Shown here piece after piece: positions 6,141-11,777 of a stretch of 11,777 nt of DNA; position 1 is the stretch's first letter; the number at the start of each line of letters is the position of its first letter. Source of the stretch: a virus (taxonomy: Duplodnaviria > Heunggongvirae > Uroviricota > Caudoviricetes); the IMG/VR virus record IMGVR_UViG_2617270973_000006, positions 1-11,777 of that record, one strand, 5' to 3'. A model generated the notes under the pieces. It did no database searches. It saw only the letters and a program-made list of their open reading frames with translations, and was not told the DNA's origin. The position numbers were made by a program, and so were the translations under genes.

Positions 6141-8609
6141 GTGCTCAGTGATTTCTGCTCGGCGATGCGCTGTATGCCGGTATGGAACGGGCAGACGCTG
6201 ACGTTCGTGCAGGACCGACCATCAGATAAGGTGTGGACCTATAACCGCAGTAATGTGGTGATGCCGGATGATGGCGCGCCGTTCCGCTACAGCTTCAGCG
6301 CCCTGAAGGACCGCCATAATGCCGTTGAGGTGAACTGGATTGACCCGAACAACGGCTGGGAGACGGCGACAGAGCTTGTTGAAGATACGCAGGCCATTGC
6401 CCGTTACGGTCGTAATGTCACGAAGATGGATGCCTTTGGCTGTACCAGCCGGGGGCAGGCACACCGCGCCGGGCTGTGGCTGATTAAAACGGAACTGCTG
6501 GAGACGCAGACCGTGGATTTCAGCGTGGGTGCTGAAGGGCTTCGCCATGTACCGGGCGATGTCATTGAAATCTGCGATGATGACTATGCCGGTATCAGCA
6601 CCGGTGGTCGCGTGCTGGCGGTGAACAGCCAGACCCGGACGCTGACGCTCGACCGTGAAATCACGCTGCCATCCTCCGGTACCACGCTGATAAGCCTGGT
6701 TGACGGAAGTGGTAATCCGGTCAGCGTGGAGGTTCAGTCCGTCACCGACGGACTTAAGGTGAAAGTGAACCGGGTTCCTGATGGCGTTGCAGAATACAGT
6801 GTGTGGGGGCTGAAGTTGCCGACGTTGCGTCAGCGCCTGTTCCGCTGTGTGAGTATCCGTGAGAACGATGACGGCACGTATGCCATCACTGCCGTGCAGC
6901 ATGTACCGGAAAAAGAAGCCATCGTGGATAACGGGGCGCACTTTGACGGCGACCAGAGCAGCACGGTGAATGGTGTCACGCCGCCAGCGGTGCAGCACCT
7001 GACCGCCGAAGTCACCGCAGACAGCGGGGAATATCAGGTGCTGGCGCGCTGGGACACGCCGAAGGTGGTGAAGGGCGTGAGCTTCCTGCTCCGTCTGACC
7101 GTAACAGCGGATGACAGCAGTGAGCGGCTGGTCAGCACGGCCCGGACGACGGAAACCACATACCGCTTCACGCAACTGGCGCTGGGGAACTACAGGCTGA
7201 CAGTCCGGGCGGTAAATGCGTGGGGGCAGCAGGGCGATCCGGCGTCGGTATCGTTCCGGATTGCCGCACCGGCAGCACCGTCGAGGATTGAGCTGACGCC
7301 GGGCTATTTTCAGATAACCGCCACGCCGCATCTTGCCGTTTATGACCCGACGGTACAGTTTGAGTTCTGGTTCTCGGAAAAGCGGATTACCGATATCAGG
7401 CAGGTTGAAACCACAGCACGCTATCTTGGCACGGCGCTGTACTGGATAGCCGCCAGTCTCAATATCAAACCGGGCCATGATTATTACTTTTATATCCGCA
7501 GTGTGAACACCGTTGGCAAATCGGCATTCGTGGAGGCTGTTGGTCAGCCGAGTGATGATGCATCCGGTTATCTGGATTTTTTCAAAGGCGAGATAGGGAA
7601 AACCCATCTGGCTCAGGAGCTGTGGACGCAGATTGATAACGGTCAGCTTGCGCCTGACCTGGCTGAAATCAGGACGTCCATTACGGATGTCAGCAATGAA
7701 ATCACGCAGACCGTCAATAAGAAACTGGAAGACCAGAGTGCGGCAATTCAGCAGATACAGAAGGTTCAGGTTGATACAAATAATAACCTGAACAGCATGT
7801 GGGCTGTGAAGCTGCAGCAGATGCAGGACGGACGCCTTTATATCGCGGGTATTGGTGCCGGTATTGAGAACACCCCTGACGGCATGCAGAGTCAGGTGCT
7901 GCTGGCGGCAGACAGGATTGCGATGATTAATCCTGCGAATGGCAACACAAAGCCGATGTTTGTTGGGCAGGGCGATCAGATATTCATGAACGAAGTGTTC
8001 CTGAAACGCCTGACGGCTCCCACCATTACCAGCGGCGGTAATCCTCCGGTATTTTCCCTGACACCGGACGGGCGGCTGACGGCGAAAAATGCCGATATCA
8101 GCGGTAACGTGAATGCGAACTCCGGGACGCTCAACAACGTCACGATTAACGAGAACTGTCGGGTTCTGGGAAAACTGTCCGCCAACCAGATTGAAGGCGA
8201 TCTCGTTAAAACAGTGGGCAAAGCTTTCCCCCGGGACTCCCGTGCACCGGAACGGTGGCCATCAGGGACCATCACCGTCAGGGTTTATGACGATCAGCCG
8301 TTTGACCGGCAGATTGTTATTCCGGCGGTGGCATTCAGCGGCGCTAAACATGAGCGGGAGAATAACGATATTTATTCGTCATACCGCCTGATAGTACGGA
8401 AAAACGGTGCTGAAATTTATAACCGTACCGCGCTGGATAATACGCTGATTTACAGTGGTGTTATTGATATGCCTGCCGGTCACGGTCACATGACACTGGA
8501 GTTTTCGGTGTCAGCATGGCTGGTAAATAACTGGTATCCCACAGCAAGTATCAGCGATTTGCTGGTTGTGGTGATGAAGAAAGCCACTGCAGGCATCACG
8601 ATTAGCTGA
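6141..8609 (+). pseudogene. J: Tail-tip / host-specificity protein J, 5'-truncated fragment (C-terminal roughly 820 codons of an about 1130-codon gene) fused downstream of the Nu1 remnant
   Basis: Track ORF begins at a GTG. Product ...[24 protein letters not shown]...[20 protein letters not shown]... is collinear with lambda gpJ from about residue 310 onward; no J N-terminus and no RBS. The same frame is open back to a stop at 6108-6110. The central and C-terminal receptor-binding parts diverge from lambda J. Confidence 0.85.
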
Positions 8610-8627
8610 ATTTTATAACCCAGATAC

Positions 8628-8652
8628 GGGCGCCAGAAATGGCGCCTTTTTT
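8628..8652 (+). terminator. Rho-independent terminator between J and lom
   Basis: GGCGCC (8629-8634), loop AGAAAT, GGCGCC (8641-8646), followed by TTTTTT (8647-8652). Confidence 0.6.
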
Positions 8653-8676
8653 ATTGCAGAAAAGCGAGAGGTAATT

Positions 8677-9276
8677 ATGCGTAAATTATGTGCTGTTATT
8701 TTGTCCGCAGCCATCTGTCTGTCCGTATCCGGTGCGCCTGCATGGGCGTCTGAACATCAGTCCACACTGAGCGCAGGGTATCTTCATGCCCGTACGAACG
8801 CTCCCGGCAGCGATAATCTGAACGGGATTAACGTGAAATACCGTTATGAGTTTACGGACACGCTGGGGCTGATTACGTCCTTCAGTTATGCCAATGCTGA
8901 GGATGAGCAAAAAACGCACTACAGCGATACCCGCTGGCATGAAGATTCCGTGCGTAACCGCTGGTTCAGCGTGATGGCAGGGCCGTCTGTGCGCGTGAAT
9001 GAATGGTTCAGCGCGTATGCGATAGCGGGTATGGCTTACAGCCGTGTGTCGACCTTCTCCGGGGATTATCTCCGCGTAACTGACAACAAGGGGAAAACGC
9101 ACGATGTGCTGACCGGAAGTGATGACGGTCGCCACAGCAACATGTCTCTGGCGTGGGGGGCTGGCGTGCAGTTTAACCCGACCGAATCCGTGGCCATTGA
9201 TATTGCTTATGAAGGCTCCGGCAGTGGTGACTGGCGCACTGCCGGTTTCATCGTGGGTGTCGGTTATAAGTTCTGA
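8677..9276 (+). CDS. lom: Lom-like outer-membrane beta-barrel protein (Ail/Lom/PagC family), 199 aa
   Basis: Signal peptide MRKLCAVILSAAICLSVSGAPAWA; the C-terminal half (GINVKYRYE...SVMAGP...AYEGSGSGDWRTAGFIVGVGYKF) matches lambda Lom almost exactly as I recall it; RBS GAGAGG upstream; sits after J as in lambda. Confidence 0.9.
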   Translation: MRKLCAVILSAAICLSVSGAPAWASEHQSTLSAGYLHARTNAPGSDNLNGINVKYRYEFTDTLGLITSFSYANAEDEQKTHYSDTRWHEDSVRNRWFSVMAGPSVRVNEWFSAYAIAGMAYSRVSTFSGDYLRVTDNKGKTHDVLTGSDDGRHSNMSLAWGAGVQFNPTESVAIDIAYEGSGSGDWRTAGFIVGVGYKF

Positions 9277-9302
9277 TTAGCCAGGTAACACAGTGTTATG
9301 AC

Positions 9303-9330
9303 AGCCCGCCGGTTCAGGCGGGCTTTTTTG
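9303..9330 (+). terminator. Rho-independent terminator downstream of lom
   Basis: AGCCCGCC (9303-9310), loop GGTTCA, GGCGGGCT (9317-9324): perfect 8-bp stem followed by TTTTTT (9325-9330). Confidence 0.65.
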
Positions 9331-9340
9331 TGGGGGGAAT

Positions 9341-9820
9341 ATGGCAGTACGGATTTCAGGTGTACTGAAAGATGGCGCAGGTAAGCCGATACAAAACTGC
9401 ACCATTCAGCTAAAGGCCAGGCGCAACAGCACCACGGTGGTGGTGAACACAGTGGCCTCAGAAAACCCGGATGAAGCCGGGCGTTACAGCATGGACGTTG
9501 AGTACGGTCAGTACAGCGTTATTCTGTTGGTGGAAGGATTCCCGCCGTCACATGCCGGGATCATCACCGTGTATGAAGATTCCCAACCCGGTACGCTGAA
9601 TGATTTTCTCGGTGCCATGACGGAGGATGATGCCCGTCCTGAGGCACTGCGCCGTTTTGAACTGATGGTGGAAGAGGTGGCGCGTAACGCGTCCGCAGTG
9701 GCACAGAACACGGCAGCCGCGAAGAAGTCAGCCGGCGATGCCGGCACATCTGCCCGTGAGGCGGCAATCCGCGGCAACGCGTGCCGAAACAGCGGCAAAA
9801 CGGGCAGAGGATATTGCTGA
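9341..9820 (+). pseudogene. stf: Side tail fibre (Stf), N-terminal fragment; reading frame lost near 9775-9795
   Basis: MAVRISGVLKDGAGKPIQNCTIQLKARRNSTTVVVNTV...FELMVEEVARNASAVAQ is collinear with the lambda Stf N-terminus for about 143 residues, then reads an unrelated tail (RGNACRNSGKTGRGYC*) while Stf homology continues in another frame. Confidence 0.75.
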
Positions 9821-11471
9821 TGCCGTATCTCTGGAAGATGCGAGTACGACGAAAAAAGGTGTGGTTCAGCTTAGTAGTGCAACCAACAGCACGTCTGAAA
9901 CGCAGGCTGCAACGCCGAAAGCAGTAAAGGCAGCATATGACCTTGCTAACGCAAAATATACCGCTCAGGACGCAACGACGGCACGAAAAGGGATAGTTCA
10001 GCTCAGTAGCGCCACTAACAGCCCGTCTGAAACGCTGGCTGCGACACCAAAAGCGGTTAAGGCGGTAATGGATGAAACGAACAAGAAAGCGCCCTTAAAT
10101 AGTCCTGCACTGACCGGAACGCCAACAACGCCAACTGCGCCAAAAGGTACTAATAATACTCAGATCGCAAGTACGGCTTATGTGATGGCCGCGATTGCCG
10201 CCCTTGTAGACTCGTCGCCTGACGCACTGAATACGCTGAACGAGTTAGCGGCGGCGCTGGGCAACGACCCGAATTTTGCGACCACCATGACTAACGCGCT
10301 TGCGGGTAAGCAACCGAAAGATGCCACCCTGACGGCGCTGGCCGGGCTTGCTACTGCGGCAGACAGGTTTCCGTATTTTACGGGGAATGATGTCGCCAGC
10401 CTGGCAACCCTGACAAAAGTCGGGCGGGATATTCTTGCGAAATCGACCGTTGCTGCCGTTATCGAATACCTCGGTTTACAGGAAACGGTAAACAGGGCCA
10501 GGAACGCCGTGCAAAAGAATGGCGATACCTTGTCCGGTGGGCTTACTTTTGAAAACGACTCAATCCTTGCCTGGATTAGAAATACTGACTGGGCAAAGAT
10601 TGGTTTTAAAAATAATGCCGACAGCGACACTGATTCATACATGTGGTTTGAAACAGGCGACAACGGCAATGAATATTTCAAATGGAGAAGCCGCCAGAGC
10701 ACCACAACAAAAGACCTGATGACTCTTAAATGGGATGCTTTGTCTGTCCTTGTTAAAGCCCTTTTCAGCAGTGAAGTAAAAATATCGACAGTCAATGCAC
10801 TGAGGATATTTAATTCATCTTTTGGTGCTATTTTTTGTCGTTCTGAAGAATGCCTGCATATCATCCCTACACGAGAGAATGAGGGAGAAAATGGTGATAT
10901 AGGGCCACTACGCCCCTTTACGCTTAATCTCAGAACTGGTCGGATAAGCATGGGGCATGGTCTTGATGTTACAGGGGATATATTTGCAAACCGTTTTGCA
11001 ATTAACAGTAGTACCGGCATGTGGATTCATATGCGTGACCAGAATGTTATTTTGGGACGCAATGCGGTATCCACCGATGGTGCGCAGGCATTACTTCGTC
11101 AGGACCACGCTGATCGCAAATTTATGATTGGTGGACTGGGGAATAAGCAATTTGGCATCTACATGATTAATAACTCAAGGACAGCCAATGGCACCGATGG
11201 TCAGGCGTACATGGACAACAATGGCAACTGGCTTTGCGGTGCGCAAGTTATTCCCGGCAATTATGGTAATTTTGACTCACGTTATGTGAGAGATGTCCGA
11301 CTTGGTACACGTGTTGTTCAGACTATGCAAAAAGGCGTGATGTATGAGAAATCAGGTCATGCAATTACGGGGCTTGGCATTATCGGTGCAGTTGATGGCG
11401 ATGATCCGGCAGTATTCAGACCAATACAAAAATACATCAATGGCACATGGTATAACGTCGTACAGGTGTAA
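9738..11471 (+). pseudogene. stf: Side tail fibre (Stf), distal portion in a +1-shifted frame; includes the conserved fibre motif and a non-lambda C-terminal domain
   Basis: From about 9768 this frame reads ...AAKRAEDIADAVSLEDASTTKKGVVQLSSATNSTSETQAATPKAVK...NTLNELAAALGNDPNFATTMTNALAGKQPKDATLTALAGL..., collinear with lambda Stf after its Ala/Ser-rich repeat region; the last roughly 300 residues are unlike lambda (no His-rich GAHAH repeats). The first about 10 codons (MPAHLPVRRQ) are out-of-frame sequence. Confidence 0.7.
9852..10064 (+). repeat. Diverged tandem duplication (period about 132 nt) of the conserved tail-fibre motif K-G-[IV]-V-Q-L-S-S-A-T-N-S-x-S-E-T-x-A-A-T-P-K-A-V-K
   Basis: Copy 1 about 9852-9938 (KKGVVQLSSATNSTSETQAATPKAVKA) and copy 2 about 9984-10064 (RKGIVQLSSATNSPSETLAATPKAVKA); by eye roughly 80 percent nucleotide identity. 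Lambda Stf has a single copy, as I recall. Confidence 0.7.
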
Positions 11472-11474
11472 TTT

Positions 11475-11777
11475 ATGCAGCATTTAAAAAATATTAAGTC
11501 TGGAAATCCAAAAACAAAAGAACAATATCAGCTAACAAAGAATTTTGATGTTATCTGGTTATGGTCCGAAGACGGAAAAAACTGGTATGAGGAAGTGAAA
11601 AACTTTCAGCCAGACACAATAAAGATTGTTTACGATGCAAATAATATTATTGTCGCCATCACCAAAGATGCCTCCACGCTTAACCCTGAAGGTTATAGCG
11701 TCGTTGAGGTTCCAGATATTACAGCCAACCGCCGCGCTGATGATTCCGGTAAGGCGAATACCTGTAATAAACCTTGA
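11475..11777 (+). CDS. tfa: Tail fibre assembly protein (Tfa) N-terminal domain; ORF stops after 100 codons, so probably truncated
   Basis: [41 protein letters not shown]...[12 protein letters not shown] resembles the N-terminal half of E. coli TfaE/TfaQ-type chaperones as I recall them; starts 3 nt after the stf stop. Full-length Tfa proteins are about 190-200 aa; here a stop falls at 11775-11777, the window edge. Confidence 0.7.
   Translation: MQHLKNIKSGNPKTKEQYQLTKNFDVIWLWSEDGKNWYEEVKNFQPDTIKIVYDANNIIVAITKDASTLNPEGYSVVEVPDITANRRADDSGKANTCNKP

Noticed and set aside
6222-8391. Large antisense ORF 6222..7607 (461 aa) and smaller ORFs 6830..7015, 7976..8275 and 8113..8391 within the J fragment
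   Set aside because: The J region is GC-rich, which produces long open antisense frames; the products are Arg/Pro/Gly-rich low-complexity sequence, and the sense frame is unambiguous J.
8686-11020. Antisense or alternate-frame ORFs 8686..9135, 9508..9798, 9564..9767, 10178..11020 and 10519..10719 inside lom and stf
   Set aside because: Nested within genes with strong homology-based support; no independent evidence.
1-11777. CRISPR arrays, tRNA or rRNA genes
   Set aside because: No regularly spaced direct repeats and no cloverleaf-like or rRNA-like segments were seen by eye; I looked in the non-coding stretches around 248-498 and 1597-2168 in particular.
11740-11777. Window end as an IS5 terminus (GCGAATA resembles part of the IS5 end)
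   Set aside because: The match is only a 7-mer and the flanking bases do not match the IS5 inverted repeat as I recall it; it cannot be assessed without sequence beyond the window.

Overview
This window is the late-region to tail-fibre segment of a lambda-like, DLP12/phage-21-flavoured prophage that is clearly defective. Left to right: the left end of an IS2 element (minus strand, 1-247); an intact NmpC/Lc-type porin gene (minus); a phage-21-type lysis cassette (S21-like pinholin with MKSM dual start, SAR endolysin, and a lambda-type Rz with embedded Rz1); a Rha-family regulator where lambda carries bor; an AT-rich minus-strand pair of unknown-function genes (DUF3950/YnfO-like and DUF1398/YbcV-like, as recalled); an intact lambda-type cos site (GGGCGGCGACCT at 5417-5428); a Nu1 gene truncated at about codon 170 and joined directly to the C-terminal roughly 820 codons of tail-tip protein J; an intact lom; a side-tail-fibre gene broken by a frameshift; and a short tail-fibre-assembly ORF. 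The Nu1-J junction implies loss of the whole head and tail gene block, which in lambda is about 15 kb. All homology calls are from memory of lambda, phage 21, IS2 and E. coli K-12 sequences, not from searches. I found no CRISPR array, tRNA or rRNA. I did not find a clearly novel system; the best leads are the uncharacterised DUF3950/DUF1398 pair, the Rha cargo gene, and the packageable-but-headless cos/Nu1 remnant.
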